Positions 45,013 to 55,054 of a DNA stretch of 64,000 nucleotides are shown here, piece after piece. The stretch's first letter is position 1. Each line of letters opens with the position of its first letter. This DNA comes from an uncultured Nitrososphaerota archaeon (GTDB taxonomy: Archaea; Thermoproteota; Nitrososphaeria; Nitrososphaerales; Gagatemarchaeaceae), in assembly GCA_963838925.1 (NCBI GenBank), contig CAWISW010000001.1, forward strand, positions 96,001 to 160,000, written 5' to 3'. The position numbers were made by a program, and so were the translations under genes. The notes beneath the pieces are model-generated. The model ran no database searches. It was not told where the DNA came from and was given only the letters and a program-made list of their open reading frames with translations.

Positions 45013-46923
45013 ATGGGGTGTGGTATCTGCGGCTTTGTTGGCATCTCAGATAGAGAGCTTCTGCGGTCGATGTGCCAAGCCATCCAGCACAGGGGACCGG
45101 ACCAATCAAACTATTACGTCGATGACGGCGTTGGCTTGGGCATAGACCGGCTCAAGATAATCGACTTAACCAGCGGAGACCAGCCGATTCACAACGAGGA
45201 TAGCTCAATTTGGGTGGTATTCAACGGCGAAATCTACAACTACAAGGAGCTGCAGCCCGAGCTTGAATCGAGAGGCCATAGGTTCTACACGGCATCAGAT
45301 ACCGAGTGCATTGTGCACGCGTACGAAGAGTGGGGCAATTCTTGCGTGGACCATCTCAGGGGAATGTTTGCGTTCGCGATATGGGACTCGAAGGCGAGAC
45401 GGCTCTTCCTCGCCCGTGACAGGTTCGGGAAGAAACCTCTCTACTACGCTCACAATGGTAACGTATTCCTCTTCGCTTCGGAACTCAAGTCGATTCTCCA
45501 GTACAGCGGCATCAAGAGAGACCTGGACTACGATGCGGTCGACCTATTCTTCACCTACATGTACGTGCCGGCACCCTTCTCGATATTCAAGCAAATTCGC
45601 AAGCTTCCGCCAGGATGCTATGCAACGCTAGAAAACAACCAGCTGAGCATCTCCCAATACTGGGACTTTGCACCAAGGCCAGACCCCTCCTTGGCTGACG
45701 AGGACAAGCTGGTCGAGATGCTCTACAAGACAATCGAAGAAGCAGTCAAGGTGAGGATGAGGAGCGATGTCCCGTTAGGGGCATTCCTCTCCGGAGGGAT
45801 TGACTCGAGCACAATCGTCTCTTTCATGACGCGCCTCTCCGATCAGCCGGTGAAGAGCGTCTCGATTGGGTTTGACAACGAGATGAGCGAGCTGCCTTAC
45901 TCCCGAAAGGTGGCGGAGTTCTTGTCGACCGACCATCGAGAACACATCGTATCCCCTGAGGCGTTCAGGATTCTTCCCAAGCTCATCTGGCACTTCGACG
46001 AGCCCTTCGCCGACCACTCGATGATTCCGACGTACTACCTCTCGGAGGTGACCAGGCGCGAGGTGACCGTCGCCTTGAGCGGGGACGGCGGGGACGAGCT
46101 GTTCATGGGATACCCGTTCCTCCTCGACCCGAGGGCGTATTCGCTCTACTCGAAGGTCCCGGGCTTCTTGAGGCGTCCCTCGCTGAGGCTCCTCCTCGCT
46201 CTTCCATTCAACAGCCAGACGAAAGTGATGGCCAAGCACGCGTACGAGAAGGGATACGCGGACCAATCATATGACAAGAGGTTCACGATGCGCGTGACGC
46301 TAAACGATTCCCAGGGGCTGCGGAGTCTCTATTCAAAGGAACATCTCTCTCAGCACAGCCTAATGGATACGTACAGCTACTACCTCGGACTGACAAAGGA
46401 GTGCACCAGCAGCAAGGACCCGCTGGACGCGGTGGACTACGCTACCGTCAGGGGGTACCTCGAGGAGGACATCCTGGTGAAGGTCGACAGGATGAGCATG
46501 GCAGTCTCCCTCGAGGCGAGGTGCCCGCTGCTGGACCAGGAAGTAGCGGCACTGGTCGAGCGCATTCCTTCGCACCTAAAGATGCGCAACAGGGAGACGA
46601 AATACATCCTCAAGAAGATGGCGGTGAAGAAGGGCCTCATACCCAAGGAGATAGCCCTCAGGAAGAAGCAGGGCTTCGGAGCCCCGATAACATCGTGGAT
46701 GCAGAAAGAGTGGAAGGAAGTGGTCCCGCAGGTCCTCGACCCGGTCGTGGCGAAGGGTTACACCGGGCTCTTCGACAGGGAGAAGGTCCGTTCCTACATC
46801 GAAGACCCTTACTTGAACTCTGGCAAGCTGTTCTCGCTGATCACCTTCGTCCTCTGGTATAGGATGTACGTGGAGCAGGAAAGGGTCGACTCACCTCCGG
46901 AGGGGATAGGAGTGATTGCTTAG
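45013..46923 (+). CDS. asnB: Asparagine synthase (glutamine-hydrolysing) family amidotransferase
   Basis: CGICG, HRGPD, NGEIYNY, RDRFGKKPLYY, LSGGIDSS, SGDGGDELF, KVDRMSMA. Confidence 0.95.
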   Translation: MGCGICGFVGISDRELLRSMCQAIQHRGPDQSNYYVDDGVGLGIDRLKIIDLTSGDQPIHNEDSSIWVVFNGEIYNYKELQPELESRGHRFYTASDTECIVHAYEEWGNSCVDHLRGMFAFAIWDSKARRLFLARDRFGKKPLYYAHNGNVFLFASELKSILQYSGIKRDLDYDAVDLFFTYMYVPAPFSIFKQIRKLPPGCYATLENNQLSISQYWDFAPRPDPSLADEDKLVEMLYKTIEEAVKVRMRSDVPLGAFLSGGIDSSTIVSFMTRLSDQPVKSVSIGFDNEMSELPYSRKVAEFLSTDHREHIVSPEAFRILPKLIWHFDEPFADHSMIPTYYLSEVTRREVTVALSGDGGDELFMGYPFLLDPRAYSLYSKVPGFLRRPSLRLLLALPFNSQTKVMAKHAYEKGYADQSYDKRFTMRVTLNDSQGLRSLYSKEHLSQHSLMDTYSYYLGLTKECTSSKDPLDAVDYATVRGYLEEDILVKVDRMSMAVSLEARCPLLDQEVAALVERIPSHLKMRNRETKYILKKMAVKKGLIPKEIALRKKQGFGAPITSWMQKEWKEVVPQVLDPVVAKGYTGLFDREKVRSYIEDPYLNSGKLFSLITFVLWYRMYVEQERVDSPPEGIGVIA

Positions 46924-47009
46924 GCATTGCAAATAGGACGTGAATCCAGCGGCCTGGGCGACCAATCCATCAGACCGTTGCGAGGATGCCCCGGCCGACA
47001 TCCTGCAGA

Positions 47010-47441
47010 TCACTTTTCCCAAACTTCCCACTCGTCGTGCTGAGCTGCGAGGCGATATCCCGCGTTGTCGAACGCTCTCCTAGAACGAAGATTGTCCGAC
47101 TTTACGACGGCTTTCAGCTTCTTGCCCGGAAAGAGGTCGCTCAGCGAGGCAATCGCTTTGGAGCCGATTCCCCTCCCGCGGAACTTCGGGAGAAGGGCGA
47201 CGCTTACTTCATTCTCGGGACCTTCGACCCTGCAGTATCCGGCGGGTCGACCATCACTTTCTATCACATAGAGGGACTTCCCCGGATTGATTACCGCTTT
47301 CTTATACCAATTCTGGTGATTATCAAAGGAGATTGGATCGGAATTTCGAGAGGCTCTTCGTGACTCGGGATCGTTTCTTGCCTCGAAAAAGAGAAGACAA
47401 TCTGACTCGGAGTCCCTGGCTTTTCTCAACTTGACATCCAT
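47010..47441 (-). CDS. GNAT N-acetyltransferase (PseH-like)
   Basis: RNDPESR..S....ISFDNHQNW, FRGRGIGS, NLRSRRAF. Confidence 0.8.
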   Translation of the reverse strand: MDVKLRKARDSESDCLLFFEARNDPESRRASRNSDPISFDNHQNWYKKAVINPGKSLYVIESDGRPAGYCRVEGPENEVSVALLPKFRGRGIGSKAIASLSDLFPGKKLKAVVKSDNLRSRRAFDNAGYRLAAQHDEWEVWEK

Positions 47442-47526
47442 TGGCTCTTCTCTCGAATACAGTAGAACGGCGTGACATATAGATTTCATCGACTTGTATG
47501 CCGTTGCGACGGGCGCACTCCCACAT

Positions 47527-48591
47527 TTAAGGCGAGAACTGCTTCTTCCGCTTGACGATGCGGGAACTGTAGAGCTGCGAAAGTTCGCTGAGTATCTCTT
47601 CCGTGCTCAAGGGAGTCACGTCGTTCGACGAGAACCCTCTTCGTCCACCCTTGCGGGCGATTACATTGCCGGCACGTTGATTCGGGTTAATCACGTAGAA
47701 GTCGTCAGAATCGACGGCGCTCGCCATCTCCGTCTCGTTCATCAGCTCTTCGTGCACCTTCTCCCCGGGTTGTGCACCTATCCTCTTGATTGCTAAAGCC
47801 TTGGGGTCCAGACCTAGGCGCTTCGAGAAGAAGACTCTGCAGGCCTCGGCAAGTTCCCCGATCCGCACCGTTTTCATTTTCAAGACGAATATCTCCCCTG
47901 GCTTCGCTGCTTCGGCGGCGCGCAGAATCAGCTCCGACGCCTGGGACGGGGCCATTATGAACCTGGTCATGTCGGGATTTGTGATGGTGATCGGTCCTCC
48001 CTCGCGCACCTGTTTCTCGAAGATAAGGACCACCGATCCTCTGCTTCCGATGACATTCCCGAACCTCACTATCGAGAAGACCGGCTTCTTTGTCAGTTTG
48101 CTGGCGCTGATGACCAGTTTTTCGGCAAGGAGCTTGGTGGCCCCTAGCGTGTTGATCGGGTTCACTGACTTGTCGGTGCTTATGAAAACAAATTTCTTGA
48201 CGCCGTTCTTGACGGCGCAATCGATAACGTTCTGGGTCCCGAGGATGTTCGTCGTAATGGCCTCGTACGGATTCACTTCGCAGAAGGTCACGTGCTTGAG
48301 CGCCGCTGCGTGGAATACGTAGTCGCAGTCTTTCATCACGGTTTCCAGACTGTGAGGGTCCCGAATGTCGCCGAGCCTGTACTCTACGTCGCTCCGCGTC
48401 CCGATTTCGCTCCTCGTCTCGAAGAGGCCGTTCTCGTCGTTGCTGAAGACTATCACCCGCTTGGGACGGCGCTCGAGTAGTGTCCTGAGCAATTCGCTTC
48501 CGATGGATCCTGTTCCGCCCGTGATGAGAATCGTAGCGCCGGCATAACCGTTGCCGCGCGCGCCCCTGCCGCCGGCGTTGTCGCTCACCAT
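47527..48591 (-). CDS. UDP-N-acetylglucosamine 4,6-dehydratase (PseB/CapE-like)
   Basis: ITGGTGSIG, HAAALKHV, ISTDK, GATK, VRFGNVIGSRGSV, MTRF, PGEKVHEEL. Confidence 0.92.
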   Translation of the reverse strand: MVSDNAGGRGARGNGYAGATILITGGTGSIGSELLRTLLERRPKRVIVFSNDENGLFETRSEIGTRSDVEYRLGDIRDPHSLETVMKDCDYVFHAAALKHVTFCEVNPYEAITTNILGTQNVIDCAVKNGVKKFVFISTDKSVNPINTLGATKLLAEKLVISASKLTKKPVFSIVRFGNVIGSRGSVVLIFEKQVREGGPITITNPDMTRFIMAPSQASELILRAAEAAKPGEIFVLKMKTVRIGELAEACRVFFSKRLGLDPKALAIKRIGAQPGEKVHEELMNETEMASAVDSDDFYVINPNQRAGNVIARKGGRRGFSSNDVTPLSTEEILSELSQLYSSRIVKRKKQFSP

Positions 48592-48595
48592 TCGT

Positions 48596-49714
48596 TCAGG
48601 CCTCTTTGATTCCCCTTACGACATATTCAACGTCTTCCTCTGCCATTCCTGCGTGCATCGGCAAGGCGAGGGACTTCAGGCCTATGATTTCAGCGTTCGG
48701 GCATTCGAAGGGCCCATCTGAGAAGGCCTTGAAGTACGGCTGGGTGTGAATGGGCCTGAACATGACGGTCGTCTCAATCCCCTTTGACTCCAGTCGCATC
48801 GCCAGGTCATCTCTCGACAGCGGCGAGTCGGGCGCGAGCCGGACGATGTAGCTGTAATGGGTGCTCAGGGAATGTTTAGCGACTTTCTGGGGCCGTATCC
48901 ATTCAATATGAGAGAGCAAGTCGTTGTAGGCGGAGGCGAGACGGTTCCTTTTCCTCACAAAGGCGTCGATGTGGCCGAGCTGGTTCAGACCGATGGCAGC
49001 GTGGATGTCCGTCATGCGGTAGTTGTTTCCCAACATCACTATCGGGCCGGCACCGAATTCGGCTCTTCCCGCGTTTCTGAAGCTGCGTGCGAAGTCATGT
49101 AGAGACTTGGAATCGGTACCAAGCATCCCGCCTTCCGCAGAGGTAATCACCTTTGTCGGGTAGAGGCTGAACGCGCCTGCATAAGAGAGAGACCCGCACT
49201 TTCTACCCTTGTAAGTGGCGCCATCGGCGTGAGCAGCGTCCTCTGCCAAAGTTATTCCTCTTTTCCTGCACAGCGAAATTATCGGTTCCATTTCACACGG
49301 ATTCCCGGCCACGTGAGTCACAATCACGGCCTTGGTTCGCTCAGATATGCAGCGGTCTACGCTCTGTGCTGTGACATTGAAGGTATCGAGGTCGCAGTCG
49401 GCTAATACCGGCTTTGCGCCCACGTATATTGCAGCGTTCGCAGTCGAAGCGAACGTGTTCGCGGGCACGACGACCTCATCCCCCCCTTTCAGGTTAAGCG
49501 ACGCGGTTACGGTGTGAAGAGCGGCGGTCCCTGAACTGAGCGCGACCGCATACTTCGTCCCCGCCACGGTCTTGAACCTCCGCTCAAGCTCCTCGACCAG
49601 CGGGCCCGAAGTCAGCCAGCCGGATTGAAGCACAGAAGCGATAGACTTGCATATGGATCTGATGTCCGCTGGTGTGAAGAGTGGAGGCGCTAACCTGACC
49701 TTTCGCGATCCCAT
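48596..49714 (-). CDS. DegT/DnrJ PLP sugar aminotransferase (PseC-like)
   Basis: SSGTAALH, EDAAHA, SLYPTKVITSAEGG (Lys retained), GNNYRM. Confidence 0.93.
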   Translation of the reverse strand: MGSRKVRLAPPLFTPADIRSICKSIASVLQSGWLTSGPLVEELERRFKTVAGTKYAVALSSGTAALHTVTASLNLKGGDEVVVPANTFASTANAAIYVGAKPVLADCDLDTFNVTAQSVDRCISERTKAVIVTHVAGNPCEMEPIISLCRKRGITLAEDAAHADGATYKGRKCGSLSYAGAFSLYPTKVITSAEGGMLGTDSKSLHDFARSFRNAGRAEFGAGPIVMLGNNYRMTDIHAAIGLNQLGHIDAFVRKRNRLASAYNDLLSHIEWIRPQKVAKHSLSTHYSYIVRLAPDSPLSRDDLAMRLESKGIETTVMFRPIHTQPYFKAFSDGPFECPNAEIIGLKSLALPMHAGMAEEDVEYVVRGIKEA

Positions 49715-49895
49715 CGGAAGTCGGACCGGAGAGTCCGGCTTTAAGTCTGTGTTGGTCGAGGGAAGATCATTCGTCGTCCCAGTGCAAGTCTCCCTTCGGC
49801 TTTATCAAGCAAGACGGTTTTCCAGCGGCTGGGTAACAATCGGTACTACCACGTGCCTAAATACTCACCACCCGAGTTGACGCTACAATATAGCG

Positions 49896-51143
49896 ATGAA
49901 TATCGGATTCGTTGTGTCAGAGCTACTCGATGGACGCTTTGTCCCGTGGGAAAAATCACTCGAATGGGAATCATATCTCGATTTGTATTGTCTTGCCTTG
50001 AATAGGAAAGGTCATACTTGCGTCAAGTATGTCCCCTCCATAGGACTATCCAAAACTCAAACATACCTTCACAAATTTGGGCACAAGGTCAAGAGGGTGC
50101 CAGCCTACAACAAGATGCTTGCCCCGAAGACCTTGCTAAGACCTCGAACATACGCGGGAGGCAATACCACAATCCTTGGGCAGTTCCTGGGCCCATCGTT
50201 CACGATTAATCTCATGAGGGAGGCAAGCATCGACAACGTCCAAGTTTTGCATTATTCTAGCTACTACACTTCTTTTTTTGTTCCCGCCATCATTGCGGCA
50301 CAGCGCATTCCGATTGTCACGCAGTACACAGGAGGAATGCTCCCAACAAACACATCAGGCCGATTGCTTTGGAAACTCTTACTCCTTCCGAGTTTGAAAG
50401 CTTCTCGCGCAGTTCTTTTGGGCGATTATGAATCGGAAACAAAGACATTGGTCTATGACCTAGATGTGCCGAAAACAAAACAGGAATTCTTCAACGCCCC
50501 GATAGTCGATAGCGCTCTCTTCCACGAGCTGAACAAGCAGGAGGCGCAACGAAACCTCGGATTTGATGCGAAGAAGAAAAATATCCTCTGCGTGACATAT
50601 ATTCCGGCGAAACCAAGTACCCCTGTTCTCCTCGCAAAGGATCCGTACCTAATGATTGACGTCATCGAACGTGCAGTATATGCTGGTGGTGACGAGATAG
50701 CAGTTTACGTTGCTGGATGGGGTCGAGGCGCAGTTGAGTTCGAGGGCCATGTCCGTGATCGAGGCCTGACTGGACGAGTACACATTCTAGGACAAGTGGA
50801 GCACTCCAGACTTCCGCTGTACTATTCCGCAAGCGACTTGCTCTTCTTCCCGTTCAGGCTTGAGAAGCTCAACGAAGGCTCGGCAACAATCGAGGCATTT
50901 GCTTGCGGCAGACCAGTTACAGCATTCAAGCGGGACGCCTCCAATCAGACTGAGCAGTCTGGAGGATTCTTAGTTGATGGGACTTCGGAACTCGGAGCAT
51001 CGACACTTCTCGACAGACTCCGCCGCCCCGGGTACTTGGACGAGAAGGGGAGGGAGGGGCTTGTGCTCGCTTCCCAATACACGCTAGACATCGCGGGCAA
51101 AAGACTCGAAGAAATCTACTTCAAAGCTATCAAGAAGGATTAG
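49896..51143 (+). CDS. Glycosyltransferase family 4
   Basis: YYSASDLLFFP...EGSATIEAFACGRPV. Confidence 0.85.
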   Translation: MNIGFVVSELLDGRFVPWEKSLEWESYLDLYCLALNRKGHTCVKYVPSIGLSKTQTYLHKFGHKVKRVPAYNKMLAPKTLLRPRTYAGGNTTILGQFLGPSFTINLMREASIDNVQVLHYSSYYTSFFVPAIIAAQRIPIVTQYTGGMLPTNTSGRLLWKLLLLPSLKASRAVLLGDYESETKTLVYDLDVPKTKQEFFNAPIVDSALFHELNKQEAQRNLGFDAKKKNILCVTYIPAKPSTPVLLAKDPYLMIDVIERAVYAGGDEIAVYVAGWGRGAVEFEGHVRDRGLTGRVHILGQVEHSRLPLYYSASDLLFFPFRLEKLNEGSATIEAFACGRPVTAFKRDASNQTEQSGGFLVDGTSELGASTLLDRLRRPGYLDEKGREGLVLASQYTLDIAGKRLEEIYFKAIKKD

Positions 51144-51248
51144 ATTCGCGTTCCTCGAAAACCATTCCTTTCAGGTTCAAACTAAACTCGCGCCACCGCG
51201 CCAATGAGATTACAGACTCTCGCTTCATTATCAATAAGTTAATAGCGG

Positions 51249-52022
51249 ATGAAAGGCTTACGAAAAATATCAAACAAGATGAACACCAAAGACTCCCTCT
51301 ACAGGATCAACAAGATGATGCGCAACGCGTTCGAGCGAATTGGGATAGAATTACAGATAATGCCCATTCCGAAACGCAAGACAATCGCTGTTAACAACGA
51401 TGCAGGAGGCTTGCCAATGGATGACTCAGTCAACTGGTTGAGGATTCCAATGTACAACTCGATTTACTCGGTTCTCTTGAAAAGCCTCGGACCTGAATTC
51501 TTCAGAGGAAAAGTGGCAATCGAAATCGGTGGAAGTGAGGGCACGATTGCAAAGATGCTGAGACTATTGGGGGCAACTGTTCAGGTTGCACCTGACTATC
51601 CTCGCGTGGATGTAGAGAATCTTCCCTATCGGCCGGAATCTTGCGACATCATCGTCCTCGATCAAATTCTAGAGCATCTTCGGCATCCATGGATAGCAGT
51701 AGAACAGGTTAGGCGAGTCCTCAAGAAGAGCGGTCTGTGCATTTGCACGTCAGTCTTCATCTATCCAATTCATCACGGTGGAAACTACGGAGATTACTAC
51801 AGGTTCTCTCCCGATGGTTTCAAGGCCATTTTCGAGGACTTCAAAATCATATCTTCCGACGGGTGGGGGAACGCCGAAATTCTAAGGCTAACTTACAATC
51901 ACTCGGATAGAGGCCCTGAAGGAACAAATCCTATTACGAGGGCGGAAGCGGAGCGTTTGGGAGTATACAATCACACAGATACAATGAATTACATGATGAC
52001 TTGGTGCATCGCCGAACGCTAG
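51249..52022 (+). CDS. SAM-dependent methyltransferase
   Basis: IEIGG, DVENLPY, DQILEHLRHP, YPIHH..DYYRFSPDG. Confidence 0.85.
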   Translation: MKGLRKISNKMNTKDSLYRINKMMRNAFERIGIELQIMPIPKRKTIAVNNDAGGLPMDDSVNWLRIPMYNSIYSVLLKSLGPEFFRGKVAIEIGGSEGTIAKMLRLLGATVQVAPDYPRVDVENLPYRPESCDIIVLDQILEHLRHPWIAVEQVRRVLKKSGLCICTSVFIYPIHHGGNYGDYYRFSPDGFKAIFEDFKIISSDGWGNAEILRLTYNHSDRGPEGTNPITRAEAERLGVYNHTDTMNYMMTWCIAER

Positions 52023-52029
52023 GGCACGC

Positions 52030-53265
52030 CTAACCGCTCACTGATGCTTTGAGCAGTCGCAAAGTTTCGTCGGCGTGTTCGTCCCACGTATAGGGACGCA
52101 CGGTAATCCAGGCTGATTCCCCAATCCGAGCTCTTCGCATAGGATCCAGCAGGGCTTTCACAGTCTCTTCGCCAAATACTTCAGCGCTTGGGGGAATCAG
52201 AATTGAATTCTCTCCGTTTCTGAGGAACTTGCCGTACTGTTGGAACCAATTGCCGCCTGCGATTAGCGCTTTCCCATGAACCATGTACATCACAACTTTT
52301 GTGCCCATGCACCAATCGTCTAGCAGTTGAGTGCATAGGTCTGAAAGGGCAAGATAAGGACCAAGTTCTGCATATGGAATGGATCCGGCAAAGATGAAGC
52401 GATCTTCAAGATGAGAAGCTCTCACGGACTTCATTAGCGAGTGAAGGGTTGGGCCACTGCCTATGACGAGAAATTTCGCATTTGGAATTCGTGACACAAT
52501 GAATGGTGCTGCCGAAACCATGATGTCCAGACGATACACAGCCGTAATCTGACCTGCGTAAAGTATTACCGACTTGCCTTCCAACCCAAGCCTTCTCTTG
52601 AGCGAGACGACGCTTGCCGAGTCGACTGCAGGCGGAGTGTAGCCCACCTCGTACCCTCCGTTCGGCAGAAAGAGCGTCCTTTCAACGGGGAAGTTGTCCT
52701 TGATGTATTTGCCCACAACTTCATCAACATAGATTATTGCGTACGCATTGCGTCTGGTCATGACCAGGTCTTCGCAGATTTTGAAAGCCTTTCTAGCCAG
52801 ACCGTGTTCTCTCACGAAGTCGGGGTCGCCGTAGTTGGCGACGAAAGGTATCTTCTTTCTCATTCTAATCACGGCGCCAACCGACCCCACGAGGATTGTT
52901 GTGCTGTATTGCGCCGCGACTTTGATTCGGGTAACAGTGAGGTATGCGAGTATGAATAGGGTCCCCATGACGAGGGTTAGAGGTGTGGTCGCGCTTGCCG
53001 GGCTGACAATGACCGGAGGGAAGAGGTAGACCGTATTCCTGCTTACGATTCTCTTTGGGAATAGGTTGGTCACGAAGTCGCAAAAGGGGTTTCCGACGTG
53101 GCGGCCGATAGGGCAGTAGACCAGTAGCTTCTGTCCTTTCTCTGAGAGCTTTCTCGCGAGGTGGTATCTTGGAGACGCGGCTTGGGCCTCGAATACGGGA
53201 TGGGTGAAGTGGTTCGTGATGTAGAGAACCCAGTCATCAAATGGACTTATCTTTGTTTGCTCCAT
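52030..53265 (-). CDS. Glycosyltransferase family 4
   Basis: LPNG, ILYAGQI, FLVIGSGP, TKVVMYM, GENSILI, YTWD. Confidence 0.85.
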   Translation of the reverse strand: MEQTKISPFDDWVLYITNHFTHPVFEAQAASPRYHLARKLSEKGQKLLVYCPIGRHVGNPFCDFVTNLFPKRIVSRNTVYLFPPVIVSPASATTPLTLVMGTLFILAYLTVTRIKVAAQYSTTILVGSVGAVIRMRKKIPFVANYGDPDFVREHGLARKAFKICEDLVMTRRNAYAIIYVDEVVGKYIKDNFPVERTLFLPNGGYEVGYTPPAVDSASVVSLKRRLGLEGKSVILYAGQITAVYRLDIMVSAAPFIVSRIPNAKFLVIGSGPTLHSLMKSVRASHLEDRFIFAGSIPYAELGPYLALSDLCTQLLDDWCMGTKVVMYMVHGKALIAGGNWFQQYGKFLRNGENSILIPPSAEVFGEETVKALLDPMRRARIGESAWITVRPYTWDEHADETLRLLKASVSG

Positions 53266-53502
53266 CTTGCTGTGTGACCATCGAAACGGCTAGCCTGCCG
53301 GCCTTTTAGGCTGTCCAACGGCATAACATTTAGCCTTACGGCTTTGAATCCCGTTAGCTGCATTGTGGCTACGCAGGCAGCGACACGATTCATTTGTGAA
53401 CGGGCCGCCCAGTCGCCGGATTCTTGCGGATGAACCATCAAGTCGAGTCTAGATGCACTGGTGATTCAACACTTAACTACACATCGGCGAAGAAACCAAT
53501 AG

Positions 53503-54693
53503 TTGACCAGGGCAGTTCTGCTCATGCTCCCTAATCCGGTCCACCTCGCCTACAAAATTGTTGCAAGCAATCCTCCAGTGGGATACTCATTCGTCCCAGA
53601 GTTGCACAGCGTAATGGAGCAATCATCCAACATTGGAGTCCAGCAGGGGAGTGGCTTGTTCTATAAAGAGAATCGATTCACTGGTGGTATCATCTTCCTA
53701 AGAGATTGTTTCCTACTGACAAGGGAGAGACTTGCCTCGCTCAGAAGACCCTCTGAGGTGTCTCTGGTTTTTTCTTTATCGAAATACACTGCGTTCAATC
53801 GAGTGCCTACGATACTCTATACAGAGTATGTCTCGCCGCAGGCTGCAAGCAGGCGTGCTATTCAGCGAACCCTGTATCTGCAAAGGAGCATCAAGAAGAT
53901 CCTGGCGAGCAGTCGAACATCCATAGCAACCTACCTAAGCGTTCTCACCGAGAAGGAAGTGGAGGAGAAGGTTGATTCTTTCATGATTGGTGTTCCTTTG
54001 CCACCCCCTTTCCAGAAGCAGGAGAAGGAAACAGTGAACCTGCTTTTCGTTTCTTCCGGGAACTATCAGCAGAATGAAAGTTATGCTCACGCGGCCTTCA
54101 CAATAAGGGGCGGGATGGATGTTCTTCGTAGCTTCAGACTTCTAAACAAACAATATGGGAACAAGATTAGACTCGTGATGCGAAGCTACATTCCACGGGT
54201 TGTGAAGGAGAACTTCGCTGACGTGCTCGGCCTTCCCAACGTTTCCGTCTACGAGCAATTCGTTCCAAAGAGCGAGCTGCGGGCGTTGTACGAATCAAGT
54301 GATATCATGTTGTTCCCCGCCTATCGTGGAGTCGCACTAACTATCGGCGAGGCCTTTGGATACGGCTTACCCGTAGTTGGAGCCGATTCATGGGACATGC
54401 CGGACTACGTCACGGATAAGTTTGATGGTTTGCTGCCTCACAGAGACGATACAGGAAAACTCACTATTCGGAACCATGTGCCGTTTTGGGATTTTGAGAA
54501 CATAATCAGAGGACTCAGTGACGACGACTTTCTGAAGTCGTATGTGGAAGCTGTTTCAACCTTGATAGACCAAAAGCGCACAAGACAAGAGCTTGCTGCC
54601 AATGCAATCGAAACGGTACGCGCTGGTGGACTTTCAATTCCCTACATGCGCAAACGCTTGGGTCAATTCTTCGAAGAGGCTATTGCTCGGTAA
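53503..54693 (+). CDS. Glycosyltransferase family 4
   Basis: LYESSDIMLFP...IGEAFGYGLPVV...PDYV.D..DGLL. Confidence 0.85.
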   Translation: MTRAVLLMLPNPVHLAYKIVASNPPVGYSFVPELHSVMEQSSNIGVQQGSGLFYKENRFTGGIIFLRDCFLLTRERLASLRRPSEVSLVFSLSKYTAFNRVPTILYTEYVSPQAASRRAIQRTLYLQRSIKKILASSRTSIATYLSVLTEKEVEEKVDSFMIGVPLPPPFQKQEKETVNLLFVSSGNYQQNESYAHAAFTIRGGMDVLRSFRLLNKQYGNKIRLVMRSYIPRVVKENFADVLGLPNVSVYEQFVPKSELRALYESSDIMLFPAYRGVALTIGEAFGYGLPVVGADSWDMPDYVTDKFDGLLPHRDDTGKLTIRNHVPFWDFENIIRGLSDDDFLKSYVEAVSTLIDQKRTRQELAANAIETVRAGGLSIPYMRKRLGQFFEEAIAR

Positions 54694-54739
54694 CGACGAT
54701 TGGGATTCATTCTCCAACCAATGGTAACCAGAACATCGT

Positions 54740-54988
54740 GTGCGCACAGGTCTTTCAACTGATGAAATACAACTCTTTTTGGATAGGGAAATATGCTTTC
54801 AGATTCTTGCGGCATGCGTGAAGGAGGAAAGAATTCTGAATACCGGGGCCGCGGCCTACATCGGAAGCGTCCTATGCGAGCATCTTCTTTCGTTGGCTCA
54901 CTCGGGAACCGCAGTGGACAACCTAGCTTACTGCCAGAGCTCTTTGTTGCATGTTTGTCATTACAAGACACTTGCCTGTATGTGGTGA
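54740..54988 (+). pseudogene. Relic of NAD-dependent epimerase N-terminus
   Basis: RILNTGAAAYIGSVLCEHLL...AVDNLAY is a degenerate TGGAGYIGS Rossmann motif, truncated after about 45 aa. Confidence 0.6.
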
Positions 54989-55054
54989 CGCCTACGAACG
55001 TCCTCGGCTAGGTAAGCTTCGTCACCGAGGAACCAATCTTTGCGAATCGCATGT

